A DNA stretch of 64,000 nt from NCBI GenBank assembly GCA_045130665.1, contig JBGUQC010000004.1:507217-571216 (forward strand), read 5' to 3'. The position numbers were made by a program, and so were the translations under genes. This DNA is from Christensenellales bacterium (GTDB taxonomy: Bacteria > Bacillota > Clostridia > Christensenellales > CAG-917). The notes below the pieces were generated by a model, which saw nothing but the letters and a program-made list of their open reading frames with translations, ran no database searches and was not told the DNA's origin. This document shows positions 8,280 to 17,425 of the stretch, one piece after another; within the stretch, counting starts at the first letter, position 1, and every line of letters starts with the position of its first letter.

Positions 8280-9443
8280 ATGGAAGAAGAATTGTCTCAA
8301 AATAAACAAGATGCAGGTCTACAACAATTAATGAAGCAACGAGAAAAAGGCATAGTTGCTACCTCATCAGTTGGAATAGGTGGCAATGTTGTCTTAGTTG
8401 CAATTAAAGCTATTATTGGTATCTTAACTGGATCCATTGCTTTAATTATTGACGCAGTCAATAACTTAACAGATGCTCTATCTTCTATAATTACAATTAT
8501 TGGCACAAAATTATCAAACAAAAAACCAGATAGAAAACATCCTTATGGACATGGCAGAGTTGAATATGTAACATCAACAATTATTGGTGCACTTATTTTA
8601 TTTGCTGGCGGTATGGCAATTTATGAATCTATTATTTCTATAATAGACCATTTCCAAATAGGTGCAATGCCAGAATTTACCTACATTTCACTAATCTTAA
8701 TTGCTGTAGGTATTGTTATTAAGTTAGGACTCGGTATTTTTTATAGAATACAAAGTAAAAAATTAAAGAGTGATGTCCTAAAAGCAAGTGGTCTTGATGC
8801 ATTATTTGATGCTGTTTTATCTACTGGCACACTCATTTCCGCAATAATTGCCCTTTATGCTAACACCTATATTGAAGGTTATGTTGGTATTATAATTGCT
8901 GCATTCATTCTTAAGTCTGGTTTCGGAGTTATAAGAGAAGCTATATCTCAAATCATTGGACAAAGAATTGATGATGAAACCACAACTATGGTTAAGAAAG
9001 AAATTGCTGAAGTTGAAGGAGTAGATGGCGTTTATGATTTAATCTTAAATAGCTATGGAAACAATAAATTCATTGGTTCTGTTCATATTGGAGTTAGCAA
9101 TGATATTTCTGCAGTAGAAATCATGGACCTCGAAAAAAAGATAGCTGGTTTAATGTATTTCAAGCATAACATAATTATGACAGTTGGTATTTATGCTCAA
9201 GATACAAAAGATGAAGAAACAAATGAAATGTTAACTTATCTTTTAGAAGCTATCAAAGAAAATCCAAATATATTACAAGTTCATGGTTTCTATATAAACA
9301 AAGAAATAAATATTGTTTCTTTTGATATTGTTTTATCCTTTGATGAAAAAGATCCAGAAGGTGCAGCAGAAACTATTAGACAAAAAATTAAGGAACAATT
9401 CCCTAAATACAATTATATCTGTAATATAGACTACGATTATTAA
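8280..9443 (+). CDS. Cation diffusion facilitator (CDF) family divalent-metal efflux transporter
   Basis: 387 aa. NLTDALSS...KKPDRKHPYGHGRVEY motif, six TM segments plus a cytoplasmic C-terminal domain. Confidence 0.85.
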   Translation: MEEELSQNKQDAGLQQLMKQREKGIVATSSVGIGGNVVLVAIKAIIGILTGSIALIIDAVNNLTDALSSIITIIGTKLSNKKPDRKHPYGHGRVEYVTSTIIGALILFAGGMAIYESIISIIDHFQIGAMPEFTYISLILIAVGIVIKLGLGIFYRIQSKKLKSDVLKASGLDALFDAVLSTGTLISAIIALYANTYIEGYVGIIIAAFILKSGFGVIREAISQIIGQRIDDETTTMVKKEIAEVEGVDGVYDLILNSYGNNKFIGSVHIGVSNDISAVEIMDLEKKIAGLMYFKHNIIMTVGIYAQDTKDEETNEMLTYLLEAIKENPNILQVHGFYINKEINIVSFDIVLSFDEKDPEGAAETIRQKIKEQFPKYNYICNIDYDY

Positions 9444-10109
9444 TTACTTCTTTGACAGATTAAAACTAATATCAATTAAATCAAAAATTATATTATCTAA
9501 AAGGGTATCGTCTAAAATGATTGATACCCAATAATTTTTATTCATATGATAAGCAGGATATATTCCTTCTATTTTTAAGCACTTTTCAACCATATCATCT
9601 AATTTGATATTCATTACATCAACAAAACCATCAGCATTTTTTATAAGCCTATCTCTTTTAACATGCATAATAATGCCAAACCATTTTTTACTATCATTAT
9701 TTCTAAAGACTCCGCAATCCGGTGTATCATCCCATAAAAACTCCGGTTGAGCTTTGTATTTTTCAATATTATGATAGGTAATCCTATTAGCTTGTGGCAA
9801 AGCAAAATAATCTCTTTTAAAGCAATGGTCTCTAATATCTAAAAGAATCTCAGTGCAAGCATCTTTCATTTCTCCCAAGAAGCTTCCGACACCATCTTTT
9901 ATGTTCAATCCAATATATTCATCCCCGAATTCTTTATCCATAATATTGGCAGAAATCTGGTCATCTTTAATTTTAACGATAATTTCAAAATCGTCATTTA
10001 AAATATTTCTTTTGAATATGTAAACATCTTGTTCTGCAAAGAAACCATATTTCAACAATTCATCATAAATTGGAAAATAATTTAAAAACAATTCGTCTAT
10101 TAGTTTCAT
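9444..10109 (-). CDS. MmcQ/YjbR-family protein with extra N-terminal domain
   Basis: 221 aa. C-terminal half (WFGIIMHVKRDRL...YPAYHMNKNYWVSIILDD) matches the YjbR fold family pattern. Confidence 0.6.
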   Translation of the reverse strand: MKLIDELFLNYFPIYDELLKYGFFAEQDVYIFKRNILNDDFEIIVKIKDDQISANIMDKEFGDEYIGLNIKDGVGSFLGEMKDACTEILLDIRDHCFKRDYFALPQANRITYHNIEKYKAQPEFLWDDTPDCGVFRNNDSKKWFGIIMHVKRDRLIKNADGFVDVMNIKLDDMVEKCLKIEGIYPAYHMNKNYWVSIILDDTLLDNIIFDLIDISFNLSKK

Positions 10110-10112
10110 TAA

Positions 10113-10943
10113 TTAAAAGAAATTAGATAATTTAATATAATCATCAAGAGACAGTCTTTCCCCTCTGATTGTAGGTTCAAATCCTGCCTCAACAATACGT
10201 TTTGAAGCTTCATCTTTTGATATTGCATAACCAGCTGATAGATTGTTTGCAAGGGTTTTTCTGCGCATTGCAAAGGATGCTCTAACTAGTCTATTTAACT
10301 TCTTTCTTTCTACACCTTTTAGTTTTCCATCTACTCTATCTATTCTTACAACAGCACTATCTACCTTTGGTGCTGGGAAAAACATTTGCTTTGAAACTGT
10401 TCTGGTAATGCTTGCATTACCCCATGTTGCAACTGCAAGAGTTATGGATGAATAATCCTCTGTTCCCGGTTTTGCAACAAGTCTCTTTGCGACTTCCTCT
10501 TGTACCATGATTGTAATGGAATCTAGTTTAAAGTTAGATTCTATGAATCTAATTATTAATGGTGTTGTAATATAATATGGTAAGTTACCAATTAATTTAA
10601 AGTTGCCATCTCCAATGATGTTTATAATGTCTTCATCTTTCATACGAAGTACATCCTTAAAGATAACTTCTATATTCTCATAGCCAGCTAAAGTGATATT
10701 TAAAACCTTTTGAAGGTTTTTATCTACTTCAAATGAATATAACTTATTGCATTCATCTGCTATATATCCAGTTAATGTTCCTGCACCAGTTCCAATCTCT
10801 AAGACTGTATCTCCACTTTCTATACCTGCGTCCTGAACAATAGCTTTTAACAAATTTTTATCTGAGATAAAGTTTTGTCCAAGCGCCTTATTCGTATAGA
10901 ATGAGGTGGAATGTAATACGTCTGCTAGATTGTAATTATTCAT
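10113..10943 (-). CDS. rsmA: 16S rRNA (adenine1518/1519-N6)-dimethyltransferase
   Basis: 276 aa. LGQNFISDKNLL, EIGTGAGTLT (SAM motif), GNLPYYITTP. Confidence 0.9.
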   Translation of the reverse strand: MNNYNLADVLHSTSFYTNKALGQNFISDKNLLKAIVQDAGIESGDTVLEIGTGAGTLTGYIADECNKLYSFEVDKNLQKVLNITLAGYENIEVIFKDVLRMKDEDIINIIGDGNFKLIGNLPYYITTPLIIRFIESNFKLDSITIMVQEEVAKRLVAKPGTEDYSSITLAVATWGNASITRTVSKQMFFPAPKVDSAVVRIDRVDGKLKGVERKKLNRLVRASFAMRRKTLANNLSAGYAISKDEASKRIVEAGFEPTIRGERLSLDDYIKLSNFF

Positions 10944-10944
10944 A

Positions 10945-11556
10945 TTAGTCTGCGTGGATTGTTTCTCTTTCTCTAAATTTAGCGCCTAGAGACTCTGTAA
11001 TCTTCCTACAAGCCTCTATCTCCTCTTCGCCGATAAAATCTACGATAGAGCATGTTGTATCAATACCAGCGTCTACACAGTCTTTAATGAACTTTAATAC
11101 TGCTGGGTATGCTTTATCTTTAAATTCTGGAAGTGGTCTACAAATTTCATCGTAGAATTCCTTGCTTGCAGCATTTAAAGAAATGTTGATATGATCTATG
11201 CACTTTGCAAGAATTTGTGCTGAATCGTTTCTTTTGTTGATTAAATCACAATGACCATTAGTATTTAATCTTGTTATAAAACCTTTTCTCTTTAAATAAG
11301 ATGCAACCTGTACCAAAATAGGTAATCTATAAGTTGGTTCACCAAAACCACAAAATACAATTTCTTTGTATTTTTTAAGTGGATATAAAGATAAATCTTC
11401 AATTACTTGCTCATATGTTGGCTCTAATTCTAACCAAAGGTTATCTTCGCCCACACCATCTGAGAAGTTTCTAATGCAGAACTCACATGCATTAGAGCAT
11501 CTATTTGTTAAGTTTATGTATAAACTATCTCCGTATTCGTATACAAAATTTTTCAT
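10945..11556 (-). CDS. TatD-associated radical SAM protein
   Basis: 203 aa. CSNACEFC (CxxxCxxC) near the N-terminus. Overlaps the tatD stop, the arrangement described for the TatD-associated radical SAM family. Confidence 0.75.
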   Translation of the reverse strand: MKNFVYEYGDSLYINLTNRCSNACEFCIRNFSDGVGEDNLWLELEPTYEQVIEDLSLYPLKKYKEIVFCGFGEPTYRLPILVQVASYLKRKGFITRLNTNGHCDLINKRNDSAQILAKCIDHINISLNAASKEFYDEICRPLPEFKDKAYPAVLKFIKDCVDAGIDTTCSIVDFIGEEEIEACRKITESLGAKFRERETIHAD

Positions 11557-12344
11557 TTTTCTATCCTAGTAAATAATGCTTTCGCATTATTAGTTGTAAT
11601 CTCAATTAATTCTTCTACAGGTATTTCTTTAATTTCTGCAGCTTTTTCGGCAACTAAAGATATAAATTTTGGCTCATTCATTTCACCCCTGTGTGGTGTT
11701 GGAGCCATATATGGGCAATCTGTTTCTAGCAATAATCTATCTAGTGGTACTTCCTTTAGTGCCTCAACGTTTCTTTTTGCGTTCTTAAATGTTATTGCGC
11801 CACCGAAAGAAAAGTATGAACCCATGTCGGCGAATTGTTTAACCAATTCCTTTGGACCAGAATAACAATGCATTACAAAACCATTGGTTAAATACATAGT
11901 ATTTTCATTCAAAATCTCAATGGTATCTTCTATTGCATCCCTCATATGGATAGAAATTGGAAGTCCTAACATGGATGCAACTTCTATTTGTTCAATAAAA
12001 GCACCTTTTTGGATTGCCTTTGGTGGGGTTTTTGGATCATCTAGTCTAAAATAATCTAAACCTATCTCTCCCCAAGCAACTACTTTCTTGGATTGAGACA
12101 GTATAGACATCTTTTCATAATTATCTTCCGAGCAATCTGTATATGATGCATCTGGATGAATGCCAATTGCTGCATAAACATTGTCATGTTTCTCTGCAAA
12201 TTCTACAGCTGTCTTTGAAGATTTGAAATCGTATCCAACATTTATAAGAGCCTCAATACCATCTTTATTCATTTCAGAGACTATTCTTTCTGCATGAGGA
12301 ACAAGTCTTTCGTCATTAAGATGGCAATGAGTATCTATAATCAT
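11553..12344 (-). CDS. tatD: TatD-family metal-dependent hydrolase/DNase
   Basis: 263 aa. MIIDTHCHL start, GEIGLDY, ETDCPY motifs. Confidence 0.9.
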   Translation of the reverse strand: MIIDTHCHLNDERLVPHAERIVSEMNKDGIEALINVGYDFKSSKTAVEFAEKHDNVYAAIGIHPDASYTDCSEDNYEKMSILSQSKKVVAWGEIGLDYFRLDDPKTPPKAIQKGAFIEQIEVASMLGLPISIHMRDAIEDTIEILNENTMYLTNGFVMHCYSGPKELVKQFADMGSYFSFGGAITFKNAKRNVEALKEVPLDRLLLETDCPYMAPTPHRGEMNEPKFISLVAEKAAEIKEIPVEELIEITTNNAKALFTRIEK

Positions 12345-14320
12345 TATCTGACCTCACTTCCTGATGCTACTTTGCTAATAGGAGCAACTAAAACTACATT
12401 GTCTCCATCACATGCACAAAGTAACATACCTTGAGATTCAATACCTCTAAGTTTTGCTGGTTTTAAGTTGGCAACAACTACTACTTGTTTACCAACCATT
12501 TCTTCTGGCGTATAGTATTTTGCAATACCACTAACAATAGTTCTTGTTTCATCTCCAACCTTAACACTGAACTTTAAGAGTTTGTCTGCATTCTCTACTT
12601 TTTCAGCCGTTAAAATCTCACCAACTTTTAACTTAATTGTCATGAATTGGTCTATTGTTATCTCATTTACATCAACAACATTTTCTGGTGTTGTTTTTGC
12701 AGAATCGGATGTTTTTCCTTCCATTTTAGCCTCTTTATCCTTTTGTTTTGCTAAATCATCTAAATACTTATTGATGAATTCAATTTCCTTAGTTTCATCT
12801 ATTCTGTTAAAGAGTGGAGCCATTGTATGTGTTTGTGTTCCAGGAACAATACCACCAAATTTACGTATAGAATCAAAGGTCTTTAAATCATCAGATGTGC
12901 CTAATGCATCAAAGACTTTGCTTGGTGAAACAGTAAGATATGGTTGTAACATTACATTACATATTCTTATCAACTCGAACAAGTTATACATAACTGTTCC
13001 AAGTCTCTCCATGTCACCATTCTTTGCAAGATTCCATGGTGTAGTTTCATCAATATACTTATTGCCACGAGATAATACTTCCATGATATCGCTTAATGCT
13101 TTAGGTGCATCTAGCTTATCCATATCTTCAATACATCTATCTAATAATCCCTCAGCCATTGAGATAATTCCATTATCTAAATCTGTTCTTGCACCTGGAG
13201 TTGGAATAACACCACCAAAGTACTTTTCAAGCATTGCAAGAGAACGATGTACTAAGTTTCCATAGATGTTTGCAAGATCTGTGTTAATTCTCTTAATTAA
13301 CATCTCAGATGTATATGTACCATCTGAACCGAATGGGATTTCTCTTAAAAGATAATATCTTATGGCATCTATGCCATATCTATCTACCAAGAAGTATGGA
13401 TCTGCAACATTACCCTTAGATTTAGACATCTTGTCTCCACCAAATAATAACCAACCATGGCCATATACTTGTTTTGGAAGTGGTAAATCTAATGCCATTA
13501 AGAGTGCTGGCCATATAATTGTGTGGAATCTTACGATTTCTTTTCCAACCATATGTAAATCTGCTGGCCAATATTTCTTAAAGTTCTCATCATTGTCTTG
13601 TAGATAACCAAGAGCGGTAATATAGTTAGATAATGCATCTACCCAAACATATACTATATGTTTATCATCGAAAGTAAGAGGAATACCCCATTTAAATGAT
13701 GTACGAGAGACACATAAATCTTTAAGACCTGGTTTAATAAAGTTATTAACCATTTCATTAAGTCTGCTCTTAGGCGCTATGAAGTCTGGATGAGATTCAT
13801 AGTATTGCATTAATCTATCTTGATATTTTGAAAGACGGAAGAAATAACTTTCTTCTTTCATGAGTTTAACTTCTCTACCACAGTCTGGACACTTTCCATT
13901 TACTAATTGTGACTCTGTCCAGAAACTCTCACATGGTGTACAGTATAAGCCCTCATATTCAGACTTATAAATGTCTCCGTTTGCAAGGAGTTTTTCCATA
14001 ATCTTTTGGATGGTTTTCATATGATAATCATCCGTTGTACGGATGAACTTGTCATAAGAGATGTCTAAAAGTTTCCAAAGATCTTTGATTTTTAATACTA
14101 TATCGTCTACATACTTTTGTGGTGTCTTTCCAGCTGCTATTGCCTTTTGTTCAACCTTTTGACCATGCTCATCTGTTCCTGTTAAATAGAAAACATCAAA
14201 GCCGTTCATTCTCTTAAAACGAGAAATAGCATCACAAATCACTGTTGTATAACAGTGTCCTATGTGCAAATCACCACTAGCATAGTAAATAGGCGTAGTA
14301 ATGTAATACTTTTGTGCCAT
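12344..14320 (-). CDS. metG: Methionine--tRNA ligase with C-terminal tRNA-binding (EMAP/Trbp111-like) domain
   Basis: 658 aa. HIGH-type (DLHIGHCY) and KMSKS motifs, CPxC...CPDC zinc knuckle, C-terminal KLKVGEIL...VVANL domain. Confidence 0.95.
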   Translation of the reverse strand: MAQKYYITTPIYYASGDLHIGHCYTTVICDAISRFKRMNGFDVFYLTGTDEHGQKVEQKAIAAGKTPQKYVDDIVLKIKDLWKLLDISYDKFIRTTDDYHMKTIQKIMEKLLANGDIYKSEYEGLYCTPCESFWTESQLVNGKCPDCGREVKLMKEESYFFRLSKYQDRLMQYYESHPDFIAPKSRLNEMVNNFIKPGLKDLCVSRTSFKWGIPLTFDDKHIVYVWVDALSNYITALGYLQDNDENFKKYWPADLHMVGKEIVRFHTIIWPALLMALDLPLPKQVYGHGWLLFGGDKMSKSKGNVADPYFLVDRYGIDAIRYYLLREIPFGSDGTYTSEMLIKRINTDLANIYGNLVHRSLAMLEKYFGGVIPTPGARTDLDNGIISMAEGLLDRCIEDMDKLDAPKALSDIMEVLSRGNKYIDETTPWNLAKNGDMERLGTVMYNLFELIRICNVMLQPYLTVSPSKVFDALGTSDDLKTFDSIRKFGGIVPGTQTHTMAPLFNRIDETKEIEFINKYLDDLAKQKDKEAKMEGKTSDSAKTTPENVVDVNEITIDQFMTIKLKVGEILTAEKVENADKLLKFSVKVGDETRTIVSGIAKYYTPEEMVGKQVVVVANLKPAKLRGIESQGMLLCACDGDNVVLVAPISKVASGSEVR

Positions 14321-14334
14321 TTTTTGCCTCTATA

Positions 14335-14901
14335 TTATAGTTTTGTAATAATTGTTAAGAATTTTGCTGGTTTGTTATTCATTGCAAGTTGAGCATGTGG
14401 TAGTTGTGGATTGAAATATATGCTATCCCCTGCTCTTAGATAATAATCTTTTGAACCAATGATAACTCTAAGCTCACCTTCTAAAACATAGTTGAATTCT
14501 TGTCCATCATGTTTTACTAATTCAGGTGCATCTGCTGGAGAGATTGTAACAAGCATTGGATTCATCTCTTTATCTCTAAAACCTGCAGCAAGAGATGAGA
14601 AGGAATATCCTTCATATCTCTTTACAGACAAACCATTACCTGCTGTAACCATGAAAGCTTCTGTTTCTTCTGGCATTAAACCATTAAGAATATAGGATGG
14701 CTCTGTTTCTAATCTTGCAGCAATTCTATATACTGTGTTAATTGGAACTTCATCCTCGCCGCTTTCATATCTAAGATATACAGCTTCTTCTATCTCTAGC
14801 ATGTCTGCTAGTTCTTTTGTTGTATAGCCATTGAAAGTTCTAAGTTCTACTAGTCTTTCTGCTATGGCTTTTATTGATGTATCATTATTTTTCATCTGCA
14901 A
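14335..14901 (-). CDS. XRE-family HTH plus cupin-domain transcriptional regulator
   Basis: 188 aa. N-terminal HTH (GYTTKELADMLEI), C-terminal cupin (HDGQEFNYVLEGELRV...PHA). Confidence 0.8.
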   Translation of the reverse strand: MQMKNNDTSIKAIAERLVELRTFNGYTTKELADMLEIEEAVYLRYESGEDEVPINTVYRIAARLETEPSYILNGLMPEETEAFMVTAGNGLSVKRYEGYSFSSLAAGFRDKEMNPMLVTISPADAPELVKHDGQEFNYVLEGELRVIIGSKDYYLRAGDSIYFNPQLPHAQLAMNNKPAKFLTIITKL

Positions 14902-15091
14902 TCGCCTTATTTAATTGTTCAATTAATGCATCTGCATCAATTCCATGTACCATGCATGCTTCTGCAACGGTTTCGCCATGTGCCATAGCACATCCTAAGC
15001 AACCCATACCATTAGACATGAAAATACTTGCCAATTTTTGTGTGTCACCCATTTGTAATGCATCCATAATCAATGTATCTTTTGTGATCAT
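14885..15091 (-). CDS. DUF1858 / hybrid-cluster-protein-associated redox disulfide domain protein
   Basis: 68 aa. GMGCLGCAMAHGETVAEAC motif. Overlaps the downstream regulator gene by 17 nt. Confidence 0.7.
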   Translation of the reverse strand: MITKDTLIMDALQMGDTQKLASIFMSNGMGCLGCAMAHGETVAEACMVHGIDADALIEQLNKAIADEK

Positions 15092-15100
15092 ATTGCCCTC

Positions 15101-16165
15101 CTAGTCTGTTAACATATAGTAGATAATTGGTACTAAGACTGCTGCAATTGCACATAATCCCAAGAATACTGCAATGAGTACTCTGAGTGGTGAAACTGGT
15201 GCCTTTCCTGTAGATGCCCCTGATCTACCGTTAACGATAAAGTTATATATTTTTTGTTTGTAACTAAATTCAGATTGCCATATTGGCAATAGTGCATATT
15301 GATAGGTGATACTGTTATATGTTGTGTGAACATTTAAGTAATCAATCCTATCTGGATTATATTGAGCTATAATTGCCTTTCTAATCTTGTCTTCCATAAT
15401 GTCTTTTGCAACATTACAAGAATCAGTAAGAGTTTGGCTATATCTCTCAGCCTCATAACCAGCAAGGTAAGCCTTGTTATATTGGTCGAGGTTTTCTACA
15501 TCAAAGGAATTTATCTTATTAATTTGTTTTTGTGTTGTTTGTGAGCTTGCCTCAACTATTATATGAGCAAAATCTTTAGATATCGTTCCAGATACGTTGT
15601 ACCAACGTACTCTTGTTTCGGTAACTATTTGGTCTCCTCTCTTTACTTGGACTTGGTATTCTTCTCCGAAACGTCCATCGTATTTAGAAAATGTATCTGC
15701 ATTAAAGATGAATGAAGGTATATATATACCTTTCATTTCTTTTGGATCAAACATCTTCTTTGCCTTACGAGGTGCAAATATCTTTTTCTTTAACCATCTT
15801 CTACCACATTCAACTGCCTCTTCTTTTGCAATTAAGAATGGCAATACACTATCTGGTTTTAGACCTTTAAGTTCTTCTAACTTAATAACATTAGTTGCAC
15901 CACAGAATGGGCACTTTAGAGATGTTGTAAATCCTGTAAGTCCGACTAGACCATCACAGTTAGGGCAATGGTACTTAACATCTGAGCCTGCTACAAATCC
16001 ATCTTTTGCATAAGCAAAATAGTCCTTATATTTAGGTCTTTCTAACTTGATTTCTTTTACTGAATCACAATAAGGACAAAACAAAGCTCTATGCTTTGGA
16101 CTATATATCATATCTGCTCCACAGTTGGAGCATTTCTCAACTTGAGTTCCGTTTAATTCAGGCAT
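15101..16165 (-). CDS. YdjG-like double zinc-ribbon protein with C-terminal membrane anchor
   Basis: 354 aa. CSNCG...CPYC and CPNC...CPFCG ribbons, C-terminal TM (LRVLIAVFLGLCAIAAVLVPIIYY). Lies directly downstream of the SPFH gene, as ydjG/ydjI do in Bacillus. Confidence 0.55.
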   Translation of the reverse strand: MPELNGTQVEKCSNCGADMIYSPKHRALFCPYCDSVKEIKLERPKYKDYFAYAKDGFVAGSDVKYHCPNCDGLVGLTGFTTSLKCPFCGATNVIKLEELKGLKPDSVLPFLIAKEEAVECGRRWLKKKIFAPRKAKKMFDPKEMKGIYIPSFIFNADTFSKYDGRFGEEYQVQVKRGDQIVTETRVRWYNVSGTISKDFAHIIVEASSQTTQKQINKINSFDVENLDQYNKAYLAGYEAERYSQTLTDSCNVAKDIMEDKIRKAIIAQYNPDRIDYLNVHTTYNSITYQYALLPIWQSEFSYKQKIYNFIVNGRSGASTGKAPVSPLRVLIAVFLGLCAIAAVLVPIIYYMLTD

Positions 16166-16169
16166 ATTC

Positions 16170-17288
16170 TTAGTTTAATTTTTCTCCACAATTTGGACAG
16201 AATTTAACTCCTGGTTTTACTGCTGTGCCACATTTTGGACATGCTGCTGTTAATTTTTCGCCACATTCTGGACAGAATTTAGCACCTTCTGAAACTGCTG
16301 CACCACACTTTGGACATACTGAACCGCCGCGTACTACTGCTGCTGGAGCGCCACAGTTTGGACAGAATTTAGCATTTTCATCTACCATTGAGCCACATTT
16401 TGCACATTTGATTTGTTTTGCTGCTGACATTGAAGATGATTCTGCATATGTCTTACCAATTGCAGCACCAACACCAATTCCCATACCTGCAGCTGCAAAT
16501 GTACCACCCATTCCTGGATTTTTTGCAGCATCTCTCATAGCTTTTACACTTTCAACTTTTGCATATACGTCTACTGCATCTGAAATAACACCTAAAGATG
16601 TTCTTTCATCCATTGCTTTTTCTACAGATTCTGGTAATTTGAAGTTTCTAATTAAAACTGCATCAATGTCTAAACCTAATTCCATGAAACGTGGTGAACA
16701 GTTTTCTTTTGTTGTATTACCAAGTTCATTGTAATTAGCTGCTAAGTCTAATGCTGGTATTTCACATTCGCCTAAGAGGTCTGTTAATTCTTGAAGAACG
16801 ATGCTCTTTAAGTGTTCTTGAATTAATTCTGTCTTATATGTTTTTAATGTTCCAAAACATTCTCTCATGAATGTGTCTGGCTTTGAAACGTGGAATGCAT
16901 ATTCACCATGACCACTTACTCTGATCATACCAAAGTCTTTATCTCTCATCATGATTGGGTTTGGTGTGCCCCATTTCATTTGAGTGAATCTCTTAAGGTT
17001 TACGAAGTAAACATCTACTTGCTTTGGATTTTCGAATGCATATTTCCAGTTAGCAATCTTTGTTAAGAATGGTGTTGAACCTTCTTCTAATTTCCAAATA
17101 CCTTCTGTGAAAACATCACAAACAGTTCCTTGATATACAAAGATAGCAGCTTGAGAAGGTCTTACAATAAGTTGAGAACCCTTCATGATTGCATAACGAT
17201 CTGGGCATTCAAACTTGTATACCATTGTGTTTGTTGATTGGTCTTCCCATGAAATGACTTTCAATAATTGTTTCTTGATAAATCCCAT
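16170..17288 (-). CDS. SPFH/band-7 (YdjI / COG4260-like) protein with three C-terminal zinc ribbons
   Basis: 372 aa. N-terminal SPFH-like region, Gly/Ala-rich linker, then three CxxCG-x10-12-FCPxCG modules. Confidence 0.7.
   Translation of the reverse strand: MGFIKKQLLKVISWEDQSTNTMVYKFECPDRYAIMKGSQLIVRPSQAAIFVYQGTVCDVFTEGIWKLEEGSTPFLTKIANWKYAFENPKQVDVYFVNLKRFTQMKWGTPNPIMMRDKDFGMIRVSGHGEYAFHVSKPDTFMRECFGTLKTYKTELIQEHLKSIVLQELTDLLGECEIPALDLAANYNELGNTTKENCSPRFMELGLDIDAVLIRNFKLPESVEKAMDERTSLGVISDAVDVYAKVESVKAMRDAAKNPGMGGTFAAAGMGIGVGAAIGKTYAESSSMSAAKQIKCAKCGSMVDENAKFCPNCGAPAAVVRGGSVCPKCGAAVSEGAKFCPECGEKLTAACPKCGTAVKPGVKFCPNCGEKLN
16173..16410 (-). repeat. Three tandem zinc-ribbon coding modules (about 66-70 nt each)
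   Basis: Peptides CAKCGSMVDENAKFCPNCGAP / CPKCGAAVSEGAKFCPECGEKL / CPKCGTAVKPGVKFCPNCGEKL. The DNA repeats ttggacagaattta three times. Confidence 0.75.
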
Positions 17289-17371
17289 TTTATAATCTCC
17301 TAAAAAGTTATTTTTTTCTTGATTTAAAATTATACCACAGATTAAACAATTTTTTCAATTGTTTAGTTAAG

Positions 17372-17400
17372 AATATAAAAAAGAGGCCACGAAGACCTCT
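17372..17400 (-). terminator. Rho-independent terminator after guaA
   Basis: Minus-strand RNA is agaggtc-ttcgt-ggcctct (7 bp including one G-U) followed by tttttatatt. Confidence 0.7.
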
Positions 17401-17425
17401 TTTAAATATTTGTTTTGTTTAATTA

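Noticed and set aside
12582-13265. Long antisense or alternative-frame ORFs inside real genes (for example 12582..13265, 15597..16013, 16225..16734, 17571..17930, 20975..21394, 37879..38124, 44064..44489, 46150..46626)
   Set aside because: They lie opposite or overlapping well-supported genes and have no RBS. Their products are low-complexity or Ser/Phe/Leu-rich, as expected for mirror frames of Lys/Glu-rich or Gly/Ala-rich coding sequence.
14321-14334. T-box leader for metG and purine riboswitch for guaA
   Set aside because: Only 14 nt precede metG, which is co-transcribed with the upstream regulator. Only 73 nt precede guaA, and those are filled by a promoter and RBS. There is no room for either element.
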